The notes under the pieces: model-generated
Databases searched by the model: none
What the model saw: the letters and a program-made list of their open reading frames with translations, nothing else
Told to the model about the DNA's origin: nothing
Source: an uncultured Actinomycetes bacterium
Lineage (GTDB): Bacteria > Actinomycetota > Actinomycetes > UBA12327
DNA length: 62,333 nt
Assembly (NCBI GenBank): GCA_903920865.1
Contig: CAIXNN010000056.1
Coordinates: 1-62,333, forward strand
Direction of reading: 5' to 3'
Shown: one piece after another, positions 10,866-22,754 of the stretch
How positions within the stretch are numbered: position 1 is the stretch's first letter
How the letters are laid out: every line of letters begins with the position of its first letter
Program-made: the position numbers and the translations under genes

Positions 10866-12112
10866 GCGGAGTGCGCTGCCTTAAGTGCGATATCTGTGCG
10901 GTAGTGACCATCACGAAGATCAATGTGACCTAAAGCTTCGTACGCGCGTGCCCGGGCCTGTTCCAAATTCGCGCCAGTGGCTGTTACTGAAAGGACTCGA
11001 CCACCGCTGCTGGTTAATTCGCCGTCTGCATTGATCGTGGTGCCGGCGTGCAAGACCATCACCCCTTCAACGGCCTCAGCGTGATCAATGCCGGTGATAA
11101 TTTCGCCGGTTAGGGGTGATTGTGGGTAACCGGGCGCGGCTAGTACCACTGTTACGGCCGATCCAGGATTCCAAATCAGGGCTGGCTGCTGGCTAAGCGT
11201 GCCGTTTGATGCTGCTAGGAGCAGTTGCCCCAGTGGAGTTTCCAGACGAGCAAGGACTGCTTGAGTTTCGGGATCGCCGAATCGAGCATTGAACTCAACG
11301 ACCTTCACCCCTTGTGAAGTCAGAGCAAGGCCTACATAGAGCAGTCCACTAAAGGGCGTTCCACGCTTTTGCATTTCTTGCAAGGTGGGATGTACGACGG
11401 TGGCAAGTACTTCATCAATCAGATCGTTAGGCGCCCACTCCAGCGGAGTGTAGGCACCCATACCGCCGGTGTTTGGTCCTTCGTCGTTGTCGTCGATGCG
11501 CTTGAAGTCCTGAGCCGGCGATAGCGCGAGTGCGTCAGTTCCATCCGTGATGACAAACAGCGAAACCTCAGGCCCATCAAGGAATTCCTCAATGACCACC
11601 CGATCGCAATCTTGCGCATGAGCCAAAGCTTGCGCACGATCATCGGTGACAACTACACCTTTGCCAGCGGCTAGACCGTCATCTTTGACAACGTAGGTAG
11701 GCCCGAACGCATCAAGGGCAGCTTCAGCTTGATCAGAGTTGGTACAAGCAAAAGATCGTGCCGTGGGCACTGAGGCCGCAGCCATGACCTCCTTGGCAAA
11801 GGCCTTGCTTCCTTCAAGTTGGGCAGCTGCCGCGCTAGGACCAAAGCAGGCAATCCCCAGTTCGCGCACCGCATCGGCGACTCCGGCAACAAGTGGGGCT
11901 TCAGGGCCGACGACCACCAGATCAATGGCAAGCTCGCTAGCCAGGGTCGCAACGGCTGCAGGATTTGTCGCATCAACGTCGATGTTGGTTGCGTGCTGAC
12001 CGGTGCCACCATTTCCTGGCGCACACCAAATGCCGGTCACACTTGAGTCTTGGCTTAATGCACGGATGAGAGCATGCTCGCGGCCGCCATTTCCAATGAC
12101 GAGAACTTTCAT
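10862..12112 (-). CDS. purD: Phosphoribosylamine-glycine ligase
   Basis: 416 aa, [15 protein letters not shown]..., ATP-grasp. Confidence 0.95.
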   Translation of the reverse strand: MKVLVIGNGGREHALIRALSQDSSVTGIWCAPGNGGTGQHATNIDVDATNPAAVATLASELAIDLVVVGPEAPLVAGVADAVRELGIACFGPSAAAAQLEGSKAFAKEVMAAASVPTARSFACTNSDQAEAALDAFGPTYVVKDDGLAAGKGVVVTDDRAQALAHAQDCDRVVIEEFLDGPEVSLFVITDGTDALALSPAQDFKRIDDNDEGPNTGGMGAYTPLEWAPNDLIDEVLATVVHPTLQEMQKRGTPFSGLLYVGLALTSQGVKVVEFNARFGDPETQAVLARLETPLGQLLLAASNGTLSQQPALIWNPGSAVTVVLAAPGYPQSPLTGEIITGIDHAEAVEGVMVLHAGTTINADGELTSSGGRVLSVTATGANLEQARARAYEALGHIDLRDGHYRTDIALKAAHSA

Positions 12113-12121
12113 AAAGTCAGG

Positions 12122-13507
<1,386 letters not shown>

Positions 13508-13532
13508 TCAGGCTAGGAAAGCCCTCAGGTGG

Positions 13533-13736
13533 TCAAACTAGCGTGTAGCCGGCTTCGTCGATGGCCTCGGTTACCGCATCAATGGGCAACTCGGTTGCAC
13601 TTTCAACGCGCACTGCTCCGGTTTCAAGATCTACCGACACCGATGTCACACCTTGGATCGCAGAAAGCTCTTGCGTAACCGAGGCGACACAGTGTTCGCA
13701 CGTCATGCCTGCAACGTTGTAGGTAGATGTTGTCAT
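13533..13736 (-). CDS. Heavy-metal-associated (CopZ-like) metallochaperone
   Basis: 67 aa with the GMTCEHC metal-binding motif. It starts 3 nt after the pstB stop. Confidence 0.85.
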   Translation of the reverse strand: MTTSTYNVAGMTCEHCVASVTQELSAIQGVTSVSVDLETGAVRVESATELPIDAVTEAIDEAGYTLV

Positions 13737-13739
13737 GAG

Positions 13740-14516
13740 TTATCCAAACCGTCCCGAAATGTAATCCTCAGTCGCCTTTTCTGATGGCGAACCAAAAATG
13801 TTTGCTGTGGTGTTCATTTCAATGAGTTTACCGGGCTTGCCCGTTCCAGCGATATTGAAGAATGCGGTGGTGTCCGAGACGCGAGCAGCCTGTTGCATAT
13901 TGTGCGTCACGATTACGATTGTGTATTGCTGCTTCAATTCGTGAATGAGTTCTTCGATGGCCAGAGTCGAAATAGGGTCCAACGCTGAGCAGGGTTCATC
14001 CATCAGCAGGACCTGGGGTTGAATCGCGATCGCGCGCGCGATGCATAAGCGCTGTTGCTGCCCGCCGGAGAGCACACTGCCAGGTCGGTCCAGGCGATCC
14101 TTGACTTCTTCCCACAGGTTGGCGCCACGAAGTGAGGACTCAACGACATCGTCAAGCTCAGACTTCTTGGTGCGCTTTTTGAGTTTGATGCCCGCCACAA
14201 CGTTTCCGTAGATTGACATCGTCGGAAATGGGTTGGGTTTTTGGAACACCATGCCGATGGTGCTGCGCACGTTGACTGGGTCAATGTCCGGACCGTAAAT
14301 GTTTTCGTGGTCAAGCAAGATTTTGCCCTCGATGCGAGCCCCAGGAGTTACTTCGTGCATGCGGTTGAGGGTTCGCAACACTGTTGACTTGCCGCAGCCG
14401 GAGGGGCCAATGAAAGCTGTCACAGCGCGCGGTTCGACAACTAAGTTCACGCCTTCAACGGCAAGAAAGGTGCCGTAGTAGACGTTCAAGTCAGAAACGT
14501 CGATGCGCTTTGCCAT
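13740..14516 (-). CDS. pstB: Phosphate ABC transporter ATP-binding protein
   Basis: 258 aa with Walker [10 protein letters not shown], signature LSGGQQQRL and a typical PstB C-terminus. Confidence 0.95.
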   Translation of the reverse strand: MAKRIDVSDLNVYYGTFLAVEGVNLVVEPRAVTAFIGPSGCGKSTVLRTLNRMHEVTPGARIEGKILLDHENIYGPDIDPVNVRSTIGMVFQKPNPFPTMSIYGNVVAGIKLKKRTKKSELDDVVESSLRGANLWEEVKDRLDRPGSVLSGGQQQRLCIARAIAIQPQVLLMDEPCSALDPISTLAIEELIHELKQQYTIVIVTHNMQQAARVSDTTAFFNIAGTGKPGKLIEMNTTANIFGSPSEKATEDYISGRFG

Positions 14517-14520
14517 GTCC

Positions 14521-15582
14521 CTACTTCACTCGTGACAGTCGCGCGATAGCTCGCGCACTGAGGTTGAGAATCATCACTAGCAAGATGAGCGTAAGGGCTC
14601 CGGCCCAGGCCCGGTCAATGGATGCCGTGGTGCCACTTCCGATCTGGTCCCAAACATAGGTTGGAAGTGAGGCCTGAGGGCCATTGAATGGATTGATGTT
14701 AATCGACTGCGTGAGGAAGGTGGTCAAAAGTAATGGCGCTGTTTCTCCAGTGACGCGAGCAACGGCAAGCATGGCACCGGTGATGATGCCTGTTGATGCT
14801 GACGGGATCACGACTCGAAGGATCGTCCGATACTTAGGAACCCCCAGTGCGTAGGAGGCTTCACGAAGATCTCGCGGGACTAATCGCAACATTTCTTCGG
14901 TTGAGCGAACCACGACGGGGATCATCAAGATAGCTAAAGCAATCCCAGCGGCAAAGCCACTTCGTTGCAGTCCAAGAGTGAGAATCAATCCGGTGTAAAC
15001 AAACAAACCGGCAACAATGGATGGAATGCCGGTCATGACATCGACGAAGAAGCTCACGCTGCGTGCAAGGCGACTTCTATTGCCGAATTCGACAAGGTAA
15101 ACCGCGGCCAACACTCCCAGGGGAATTCCGATGGCTGCCGCAATAGCGACTTGTTCCACGGTGCCGATCAGGGCGTGCAAAATGCCGCCACCGGGTTTGC
15201 GCGGGCTGACATTGCGCATGGTGGAGGTCAAGAAGCCTGCATTGAATGCGTGGAACCCACGCACCAGAACCGTCAGCAGGATTGAAGCCAGCGGAACAAG
15301 TGCGGCGACCAGGGCAGAGACTAAAAATGTGGAGGCAAGGCGATCGATAGCGTAGCGAGAGCCCTCAACAGCAAAACTCAGCCAGGTTTGCAGGACGAGA
15401 AAGAGGACAAATGCCACCACGGTGGTCCCGGCGACTCCGCTGATCGGTGTCATCAACGACAACAAGATGGCTGCAGCGACAGAGGTTGCCAAAACGGCTG
15501 CGGTATTCCACCGCGGCAACTTGCGTTGTGACAAAAGGTCGTGCAGCTCTTCACTGGTGATTGTGCCTTGCGTCATTGTCAT
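14521..15582 (-). CDS. pstA: Phosphate ABC transporter permease PstA
   Basis: Polytopic permease. I preferred the start at ATG 15582, 1 nt after the pstC stop, over the longest ORF start at 15624. Confidence 0.88.
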   Translation of the reverse strand: MTMTQGTITSEELHDLLSQRKLPRWNTAAVLATSVAAAILLSLMTPISGVAGTTVVAFVLFLVLQTWLSFAVEGSRYAIDRLASTFLVSALVAALVPLASILLTVLVRGFHAFNAGFLTSTMRNVSPRKPGGGILHALIGTVEQVAIAAAIGIPLGVLAAVYLVEFGNRSRLARSVSFFVDVMTGIPSIVAGLFVYTGLILTLGLQRSGFAAGIALAILMIPVVVRSTEEMLRLVPRDLREASYALGVPKYRTILRVVIPSASTGIITGAMLAVARVTGETAPLLLTTFLTQSININPFNGPQASLPTYVWDQIGSGTTASIDRAWAGALTLILLVMILNLSARAIARLSRVK

Positions 15583-15583
15583 G

Positions 15584-16633
15584 TCAGTTAGCCCCCGAGA
15601 AGTCTCGACGGCGTTCGACGACAACGCGCGCGGCCATGTTCACAGCGAAAGTAATGATGTAGAGAACAAGGCCGGATGCAATCAATGCGCCAAGACCGAT
15701 GTTGCCTGCTTCATTCCATTTCAAGGCAATGTTGGCAGCGAAGGTATTGCCGCCGGGTTCTGTCACATGCCAGTTGATGGAGAAGGTCGCTGACAGAATT
15801 AATGCAACAGCGATGGTTTCACCAAGGGCTCTGCCCAGTCCCAACATGGCCGCGCTGACCATGCCCGGACGAGCGAACGGGAAGACTGCGGTGCGCATGG
15901 TTTCCCAGCGAGTGGCGCCAAGAGCTAAAGCGGCTTCAATGTGGCCGGGGGGCACTTGGTTGAACACCTCACGCGAGATTGCTGACACGGTGGGCAAAAT
16001 CATGATCGCCAAAACTACGGCGGCAAGGGCGATTGAGCGGGTGTAGATGTTTTGGCTGTTGTTAAAGAGCGGGATGAATCCAAGATGTTGATCAAACCAG
16101 CGCCACAGACCGATGCTGTTAGGCATCAAGATTTGCAATCCCCACAATCCGAAGATGATGGAGGGAACGGCTGCGAGTAGGTCGACGACGTAACCAAGCG
16201 TTGGAGCAAAACGGCGTGGCGCGTAATGCGAGGTGTAGAGCGCGACTCCAAGGCCAACGGGAACGGCAATAACCATGGCGATGACAGAGCTCAACAGGGT
16301 TCCAAATGCGAGTGCAGCAATTCCAAATTTCGGTTGCGGGTCGTCGGGGAACCATTGTGTTGATGTTAAAAACGGGACCGTGTTAGCCCGAAGAGCGGGC
16401 AAGGCCTTCCAAAGAAGGAAGGCGCCGATGGCACCCATCGTGAACAAAACGATGATTCCAGATCCGCGCGAGATGCCGGCAAAGGCAGCATCGCGTGGTC
16501 GCGAACTTCTCCCAAGAGGGGGCTGAACCTGCGGGCTTAACAACTGCGTCACCTGTTCATGCTCCCTCAACACGGTTGGCTTTGGGGGGAAGTTGGCCAG
16601 TTCGTTGGGCTTATCTTGCCGACTGTTCCCCAC
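15584..16633 (-). CDS. pstC: Phosphate ABC transporter permease PstC
   Basis: 349 aa polytopic permease with the BPD-transport EAA-like region (ALGATRWETM). Confidence 0.9.
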   Translation of the reverse strand: MGNSRQDKPNELANFPPKPTVLREHEQVTQLLSPQVQPPLGRSSRPRDAAFAGISRGSGIIVLFTMGAIGAFLLWKALPALRANTVPFLTSTQWFPDDPQPKFGIAALAFGTLLSSVIAMVIAVPVGLGVALYTSHYAPRRFAPTLGYVVDLLAAVPSIIFGLWGLQILMPNSIGLWRWFDQHLGFIPLFNNSQNIYTRSIALAAVVLAIMILPTVSAISREVFNQVPPGHIEAALALGATRWETMRTAVFPFARPGMVSAAMLGLGRALGETIAVALILSATFSINWHVTEPGGNTFAANIALKWNEAGNIGLGALIASGLVLYIITFAVNMAARVVVERRRDFSGAN

Positions 16634-16637
16634 ACGT

Positions 16638-16675
16638 CACACGAGCCCCCACCCGGTGGGGTGAGGGCTCGTGTG
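16638..16675 (-). promoter_or_regulatory. Strong GC-rich stem-loop between pstS and pstC (intra-operon attenuator/mRNA stabiliser candidate)
   Basis: cacacgagccc (16638-16648) pairs perfectly with gggctcgtgtg (16665-16675) around a GC-rich apical region. It lies in the 66-nt pstS-pstC spacer. Confidence 0.5.
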
Positions 16676-16699
16676 CGGTACGGGCGGTACCTGAAATTG

Positions 16700-17797
16700 C
16701 TAGGAAATGGAGGCCACTGATGCACGAACTGCAGTCAGCAAATCTCCGCTAATGGGTACGTATCCATTGTCGGCCAAGTTAGCTTGGGCAGCATCGGATG
16801 CGGTGTAGGTCAGGAAGGACTTGGTCAAGGCCAGATCGGAACTGCCCAGTCCCTTCTGGCAGGTGATTTCGTAGGTCACCAACACGATCGGGTAAGCGTC
16901 GGCTGACTTAATCGTGTAGTCCACCTTCAGCTTGATGTTCGAGCTGGCGTCAACCCGCGTTGCCTTGGCGATGGTTGCGGCGGCTGTTTGTGCGTTGGGC
17001 TCTACGGCTCCAGCTCCGTTGTCAACGCTGGCAACCTTCAGTGCAGCATCTTGTGCGAAGGACAACTCGACGTAACCAATGGAGTTATCGGTGGACTTCA
17101 ATGCGGAAGCAATCCCGTCGTTGCCCTTGGCACCTTGGCCACCGGTTGCCTTCCAAGCCTTGTCATTGCCGAGCTTCCACACGGAAGGTGCGGCTGCTGC
17201 CAAGTACTTGGTGAAGTTATCCGTGGTTCCCGAGCCGTCGGAGCGGTGGAACTGAGCGATCGTGGCATCAGGAAGGGTGACGGACTTGTTCAAGTCAGCA
17301 ATCTTGGAATCGTTCCACTTCGTGATCGAGTTGTTGAAGATGCCAGCGATAACAGCTGGCGTGAGAGTGAGCGAGTCAACCCCGTTGACGTTGTAGGCCA
17401 AGGTGATAGCTCCACCGACCATGGGAATGTCGAGGGCCTTTCCGGTGGCGCAACGCGCATCGGCCTTTGGCTGGTCTTCGGGCTTGAGTGCGGAGTCTGA
17501 ACCTGCGAAAGCTGTTTGCTTGTTGACGAAGTCAGCAATGCCAGCACTTGAGCCAACCGCTTGGTAATCAACCGTTGCACCGGTGCAGGCACTTTGGTAG
17601 TTGTTGATCCAGTCAGCAATGGCGTTCTTTTGTGCGGTGGATCCGCTGGCCTTGATCGATCCCGTTGAACAATCAATTTTTGCGTTATTTGAACTTGCAT
17701 TGTTGTTGGAGTTTCCCCCACATGCGCTAAGCGCAAAAGTAAGACTGAGCACGATGGCTGCAGCGGCAAATCCTCTGCGGGCAGTGCTGGCGTTCAT
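16700..17797 (-). CDS. pstS: Phosphate-binding lipoprotein PstS
   Basis: The internal ATG gives MNASTARRGFAAAAIVLSLTFALSACGG (signal peptide plus lipobox), and an SDGSGTT motif is present. The longest-ORF extension to 17962 overlaps mutT1 and is rejected. Confidence 0.92.
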   Translation of the reverse strand: MNASTARRGFAAAAIVLSLTFALSACGGNSNNNASSNNAKIDCSTGSIKASGSTAQKNAIADWINNYQSACTGATVDYQAVGSSAGIADFVNKQTAFAGSDSALKPEDQPKADARCATGKALDIPMVGGAITLAYNVNGVDSLTLTPAVIAGIFNNSITKWNDSKIADLNKSVTLPDATIAQFHRSDGSGTTDNFTKYLAAAAPSVWKLGNDKAWKATGGQGAKGNDGIASALKSTDNSIGYVELSFAQDAALKVASVDNGAGAVEPNAQTAAATIAKATRVDASSNIKLKVDYTIKSADAYPIVLVTYEITCQKGLGSSDLALTKSFLTYTASDAAQANLADNGYVPISGDLLTAVRASVASIS

Positions 17798-17890
17798 CTG
17801 ACCTCTTCTCGAAGGACCGTCACGGTTTGACGGGTGTTTAACCTGATGAGTGAAAAGTAGGCGGGATAAGTAGCCAACGGGGCGGTACAA

Positions 17891-17919
17891 GGTGAACGGC
17901 AGGTGAACAATCGCTGACG
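17891..17919 (-). promoter_or_regulatory. PHO-box-like direct repeats upstream of pstS
   Basis: On the gene strand there are two perfect GTTCACC units spaced exactly 11 nt apart (plus strand: ggtgaac at 17891-17897 and 17902-17908). A degenerate third unit (gctgacg) starts at 17913. The site lies 94-122 nt upstream of the pstS ATG. Confidence 0.6.
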
Positions 17920-17933
17920 CTTGTGCGCCGGCG

Positions 17934-18839
17934 TCAGGGCAAGTGGCGTTCGAGAGCCACAACCTGGCCCGAGAGTGTGCCTAGGTGAACGATCAAGAAC
18001 TCTCCCTTGGACAAGGGCTCGTGGTCCATGGCGGCGACCTGGTGGTTCAGGGCCTCGAGCAGCAGTGCTGGCATCACATTTCCGTGGGAACAGGCGATCA
18101 GACCCTGACGGTTAGCTGATGCGTTATTGATCAATTGTCGGAAGGCTTCAAGCGCCAACGCCGGTTCATCGTCAAATTCAGTTTCACCGAGTACGTCAAG
18201 TTCGGCGAGCGGTTGGTTCACCAAGCCTGCGTAGGGGCTAACAGTTTGCATGCAACGCAGCCACCCAGAACTGATCACGGTCAAAGGTTCATAAATGGAT
18301 GAGATTTCGTGAGCGAAGCGTTCAGCTTGGGTGCCGCCGCGTGCGGTCAGCGGACGAAGGTGGTCGTCATCGCTCCACTGCGATCGAGACTTTGCTTTTG
18401 CGTGACGAATCAAAACGATAGGAACAGTTTTTCTTTCTTGCTTTTCAAAGGCATCAAGAACCGGGTAGTCAGCGGGGTACGTCATGAGTTGGCGAGCAGT
18501 GGTCAGATCAACCCATCGCACTTGGTCAACCTCATCATTTATGGTGAAGTCACCGTCGAGGTATTTGCCGGCCCAGTAGTAGACGTGCTTTCGGAGTTGT
18601 CCCTCGGCGTAGTCGCGACCAGGAAGGGGCGCCCCTAAGGCGATTCGGGCACCTGTTTCTTCGTATACCTCGCGAACTGCGGCAACTAAAGGGTGTTCGT
18701 TTTCCTCTAGTTTGCCCTTGGGAAAGGTCCAGTCGTCATAACGCTGTCGATGGATCAGCGCAATGTCAGGATTATCGGGGTCTCCGCGCCAGATGATCGC
18801 CCCGGCTGCGTAGATATCTGCTGAAGAGGGCTCGTTCAC
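17934..18839 (-). CDS. mutT1: Nudix hydrolase fused to histidine-phosphatase domain (MutT1-like)
   Basis: Nudix box [22 protein letters not shown], and a C-terminal LIRHAKA (RHG-type) phosphoglycerate-mutase-like domain. ppk adjacency matches M. tuberculosis Rv2984/Rv2985. Confidence 0.85.
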   Translation of the reverse strand: MNEPSSADIYAAGAIIWRGDPDNPDIALIHRQRYDDWTFPKGKLEENEHPLVAAVREVYEETGARIALGAPLPGRDYAEGQLRKHVYYWAGKYLDGDFTINDEVDQVRWVDLTTARQLMTYPADYPVLDAFEKQERKTVPIVLIRHAKAKSRSQWSDDDHLRPLTARGGTQAERFAHEISSIYEPLTVISSGWLRCMQTVSPYAGLVNQPLAELDVLGETEFDDEPALALEAFRQLINNASANRQGLIACSHGNVMPALLLEALNHQVAAMDHEPLSKGEFLIVHLGTLSGQVVALERHLP

Positions 18840-20917
18840 AGTTGTTGCCGTCGGGTGTGGGTGGCAATCAGTTTTTCTTGGAGGTCAACCTCTCCGATCC
18901 TTCGAATCCACTGCCCATCACCTTGAAGGTGCCAAGCAGTTGTCGTGTCTGCAAATGCCACGTCAAAGATCTCGCTCACCTCAAGGACGTGAGCTGGGTT
19001 ATCAATGCGCACGAGTGCCTCAACGCGTCGGTCAAGGTTGCGGTGCATCAAGTCCGCGCTTCCAATCCACACTTCTGGATCTCCGCCATTGTTGAAGACA
19101 AAGGCACGTGAATGTTCAAGGAAGCGTCCCAAGATGCTGCGCACCTTGATGTTCTCCGACAGGCCGGGTATCCCCGGACGTACAGCACAAATTCCGCGGA
19201 CAAAAATTTCCACCTGAACACCTGCCTGTGAAGCAAGGTAGAGCGCATCAATGCACGCTTCATCAACGATTGCATTGATTTTGATGCGGATTCCGGAGGC
19301 GAGCCCCTTCTTGTGGTTGTCAATCTCGCGATGAATCCGTTTGATCAAACCCGTTCGCACCGAATGCGGAGCCACTAGAAGTCGCTCGTAGTCAGTGGCA
19401 CGGGCGTAACCGCTGAGTTGGTTGAATAAGTCAGCAACGTCCTCACCGACGGCTGGATCTGCGGTGAGTAGACCGAAGTCTTCATAGTTACGGGCCGTTT
19501 TCGGGTGATAGTTCCCGGTTCCGATGTGGGTGTAGCGGCGCAGTCCGTCGGAATCCCTGCGTACCACCATTGAGAGTTTGCAGTGCGTCTTTAATCCGAC
19601 AAGTCCATAGACAACGTGAACGCCGGCTTGTTCTAACGTTCGAGCCCAGGTGATGTTTGCTTCTTCATCAAAACGTGCCTTGATTTCAACAACAGCCAAA
19701 ACTTGCTTACCAGCTTCTGCTGCATCAACCAGGGCGTCAACGATGGGCGAATCACCACTTGTGCGATACAGCGTTTGTTTGATAGCTAAAACTTGGGGAT
19801 CAGCTGCTGCCTGTTCCAGAAAGCGCTGGACGCTAGTAGCAAAAGAGTCATAGGGGTGGTGCAACAAGATGTCACGGTGGCGCATCGCTGCGATGACATC
19901 GGGTGGTGACGAAGTCTCAACTTCAGCGAGCATTGGATGGGTCTTAGGCAAGAAGGTTGGGAACTTCAAGTCTTCGCGCGGCAGGGCTGCGATGGCTTGT
20001 AATCCTGACAGGTCTAACGGACCTTGAACGGAGAAGACCTCATCTTTGGTGACCTCTAATTCGCGCATCAACAGGTCTAGGACGTAGGGATCCATCGTGT
20101 TTTCAACTTCAAGACGCACCGGCGGACCAAAACGCCGTCGGTTAAGTTCGCGTTCAAGGGCATCGAGCAGATTTTCCGCATCGTCTTCTTCAACTTCTAC
20201 GTCTTCATTGCGTGTTACTCGAAAGCTATGGTGCTGAAGGATTTCCATGCCGGGGAAAAGGTCTTGTAGGTGTTCGGCGATGACATCTTCAAGGGGAACG
20301 AATCGATTCGGGCTGACCTGGAGAAAGCGGGGCAGCAGCGGCGGGACCTTGACTCGCGCAAACAGCTCGGTTCCCGATTGTGGGTTACGCACAACGACAG
20401 CCAGATTGAGCGAGAGCCCAGAGATGTAGGGGAATGGGTGAGCCGGATCAACAGCTAGTGGAGTAAGGACCGGAAAGATTTCCGTGCGAAACAATTCGGT
20501 GGTGGCATCGGCCTCATCAATGGTTAAGTCAGCCCACCGAGGAATCTCGATTCCTTCACTAGCCAGGTCAACAACGATGTGGTCGTGCAAACACCGCGAT
20601 TGTCGATGTACCAGCGCCCTGGTTTGATCCCAGATTCCCCCTAAGACGGCCCGCGGGTGGTGTCCGCTTGCAGCTTTGACTGCAATGCCGGTGGCAAGGC
20701 GCCGTTTGAGGCCGGCCACGCGGACCATGAAGAACTCGTCAAGGTTGCTTGAAAAAATTGCCAAGAATCGGGTGCGTTCAAGTAGCGGGATTGTGGGGTC
20801 TTCAGCTAGTTCAAGAACGCGTTCGTTGAACGACAACCACGAAATTTCCCGGTCAAGGAAGCGATCAGCAGGCAGGTTTGTGCTCTCTTCCTGCTCACCT
20901 TTTCCCTTGGCACTCAC
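18836..20917 (-). CDS. ppk: Polyphosphate kinase 1
   Basis: 693 aa, N-terminal [20 protein letters not shown]-like C-terminal domains. Confidence 0.95.
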   Translation of the reverse strand: MSAKGKGEQEESTNLPADRFLDREISWLSFNERVLELAEDPTIPLLERTRFLAIFSSNLDEFFMVRVAGLKRRLATGIAVKAASGHHPRAVLGGIWDQTRALVHRQSRCLHDHIVVDLASEGIEIPRWADLTIDEADATTELFRTEIFPVLTPLAVDPAHPFPYISGLSLNLAVVVRNPQSGTELFARVKVPPLLPRFLQVSPNRFVPLEDVIAEHLQDLFPGMEILQHHSFRVTRNEDVEVEEDDAENLLDALERELNRRRFGPPVRLEVENTMDPYVLDLLMRELEVTKDEVFSVQGPLDLSGLQAIAALPREDLKFPTFLPKTHPMLAEVETSSPPDVIAAMRHRDILLHHPYDSFATSVQRFLEQAAADPQVLAIKQTLYRTSGDSPIVDALVDAAEAGKQVLAVVEIKARFDEEANITWARTLEQAGVHVVYGLVGLKTHCKLSMVVRRDSDGLRRYTHIGTGNYHPKTARNYEDFGLLTADPAVGEDVADLFNQLSGYARATDYERLLVAPHSVRTGLIKRIHREIDNHKKGLASGIRIKINAIVDEACIDALYLASQAGVQVEIFVRGICAVRPGIPGLSENIKVRSILGRFLEHSRAFVFNNGGDPEVWIGSADLMHRNLDRRVEALVRIDNPAHVLEVSEIFDVAFADTTTAWHLQGDGQWIRRIGEVDLQEKLIATHTRRQQL

Positions 20918-21939
20918 CCCTCTATGGTGCCCGATGGGCTTGGGGCTGCAAACATCACGTCGGTGTCCCAGTGGGTAAAGCCCAGCGATTCGTAAAGTTT
21001 GCGGGCAGGGTCATTGTCAGCCTCCACGTACAACATCGCATCAGGCAATCCGAGGCTGCGCAGGTAGCGAAGCCCGATGAGCGCGAGCGCCTTGCCTAAA
21101 CCGTGTCCGGCAAAGGCGGGACGAACGCCAATGACATAGATCTCGCCGATTGGATCGTGACCGTGTTGGTGGGCATCGTCAGGAGAGAGCTTGGACGTGG
21201 TGGTTTCGTGGGAGTGCATGCCCTGTGAGTCGTGCTCGTGCGTGACAAATTCGCCGTGCACCTTGGTCCAGTGAAAGCCAGCCATGCTCTGGCTTTCCTC
21301 ATGAATGGCCACGAAGAATCCTGCTGGATCAAACCAGGCCTCACCCATGCGCGCATCAAGGGCGGAGAGATCCCAGCTGCCTTGTTCGGGGTGATTAGCG
21401 AAAGCCTCATGATTGGTGGCCAGCCATTCAGTTTCATCGCTACCAACGTTGAAGCTGCGAACAGTAATGCCTGCTGGCAGGTCAGGATCAGGAAGAGGAG
21501 CAAACAAAGACCGTCTCATTTGCAGCAATGTGCGAGAACGAGTGAATCCCATTCGAGTTGCCAAAGCCATCGATGCGGAGTTTTCACCATGAGCCCAAAG
21601 TCTGAGGCGATGGTCAGGGATTTCTTGCTGAAGTTTGTGCACGAGAGCTCTTCCTACACCTTGGCTTCGGTGCGCAGGATCAACGCATAACTCAGCGCTC
21701 GATCCTTCGATCGCGTCGGTGATATCTAAGTGCGCATAGCCCACGAGTTCGTCTGAATCGTCGCGTGCCAGCAGGTGGATGACCTGACTGTCGCCACCGT
21801 GGCGCAGATGGAGAAAAACATGCTCAGAAAGGGGGCGAAGCCCGTCGGCATCAGTAACTTTCTCAATGAGTTTGTTCACCGCGCTTAGATCTACATGGCT
21901 AAGTCGGCGGCTTACCGTCAGGCGCAGGGGCTGCTTCAC
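20914..21939 (-). CDS. mshD: Mycothiol synthase (acetyl-CoA:Cys-GlcN-Ins acetyltransferase)
   Basis: Tandem GNAT domains (RSQGVGRAL and GHGLGKAL acetyl-CoA loops) with GFHWTKVH...GEIYVIGV. Next to glnR, as in M. tuberculosis Rv0818/Rv0819. Confidence 0.88.
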   Translation of the reverse strand: MKQPLRLTVSRRLSHVDLSAVNKLIEKVTDADGLRPLSEHVFLHLRHGGDSQVIHLLARDDSDELVGYAHLDITDAIEGSSAELCVDPAHRSQGVGRALVHKLQQEIPDHRLRLWAHGENSASMALATRMGFTRSRTLLQMRRSLFAPLPDPDLPAGITVRSFNVGSDETEWLATNHEAFANHPEQGSWDLSALDARMGEAWFDPAGFFVAIHEESQSMAGFHWTKVHGEFVTHEHDSQGMHSHETTTSKLSPDDAHQHGHDPIGEIYVIGVRPAFAGHGLGKALALIGLRYLRSLGLPDAMLYVEADNDPARKLYESLGFTHWDTDVMFAAPSPSGTIEG

Positions 21940-22652
21940 ACCAATGAGGGGGAGTCGGAGCGAATAACTTCATCTACCCGAGGTGGCATGACGAAGCGGT
22001 AGCCCACATTGCGAACAGTTCCGATCAAGGCTTCGTTATCAGTGCCGAGTTTGGCGCGAAGACGTCGGACATGAACATCAACAGTTCGTGTGCCACCGAA
22101 GTAGTCGTAGCCCCACACCTCTTGCAAAAGTTGCGCGCGCGTAAATACTCGACCTGGATGTTGGGCCAGGTGCTTGAGAAGTTCAAATTCCTTGAAGGTC
22201 AAATCAAGAATGCGTCCGCGTACTTTGGCGGTGTAGCTTCCTTCGTCGATGGTCACAGGTCCACTAGTGATCTCATCGGGCGCGCTGGTTCCGGTGTCAA
22301 GGGCGAGCCTGCCAATAGCCATCCGTAGTCGAGCTTCAACTTCTGCAGGTCCAGCTGAATCTATGAGAACGTCGTCAAGTCCCCATTCGGCGGTCAGCGC
22401 AGCCAAGCCGCCTTCAGTGGTAATGGCGATGACCGGGACGCTGACCCCTGTTGTACGCAAAAGTCGGCATAGGGCTTTAGCTCCGGGCAAGTCTTGACGT
22501 GCGTCAACCAAGATCAGGTCACAAACCGGAGCATCAACCAGGACCGACGGCTCAGTTCCAACAATTTTGACGTGATGGCTCAGCAGTCCCAGTGCGGGCA
22601 GAATCTCAGTGGAGGCGTGCATGCGCGAGGTGAGCAGCATCAGTGATGCCAT
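21936..22652 (-). CDS. glnR: Orphan OmpR-family nitrogen regulator GlnR
   Basis: From memory, near colinear with Streptomyces GlnR: LLLT....[80 protein letters not shown]. Confidence 0.88.
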   Translation of the reverse strand: MASLMLLTSRMHASTEILPALGLLSHHVKIVGTEPSVLVDAPVCDLILVDARQDLPGAKALCRLLRTTGVSVPVIAITTEGGLAALTAEWGLDDVLIDSAGPAEVEARLRMAIGRLALDTGTSAPDEITSGPVTIDEGSYTAKVRGRILDLTFKEFELLKHLAQHPGRVFTRAQLLQEVWGYDYFGGTRTVDVHVRRLRAKLGTDNEALIGTVRNVGYRFVMPPRVDEVIRSDSPSLV

Positions 22653-22754
22653 GCATGAACCTCCGATCGGGAGTTCGCCAAGCCCCTAATCTACCTGATG
22701 AGGCAGATTTGGTCACGCTCACGCTGGCTGCAGGCTTGCTGACACTATTGGCGC

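Noticed and set aside
17798-17962. A long N-terminal extension of pstS (420-aa ORF) overlapping the mutT1 3' end.
   Set aside because: A signal peptide and lipobox follow immediately after the internal ATG at 17797. The extension would also bury the PHO-box repeats inside coding sequence.
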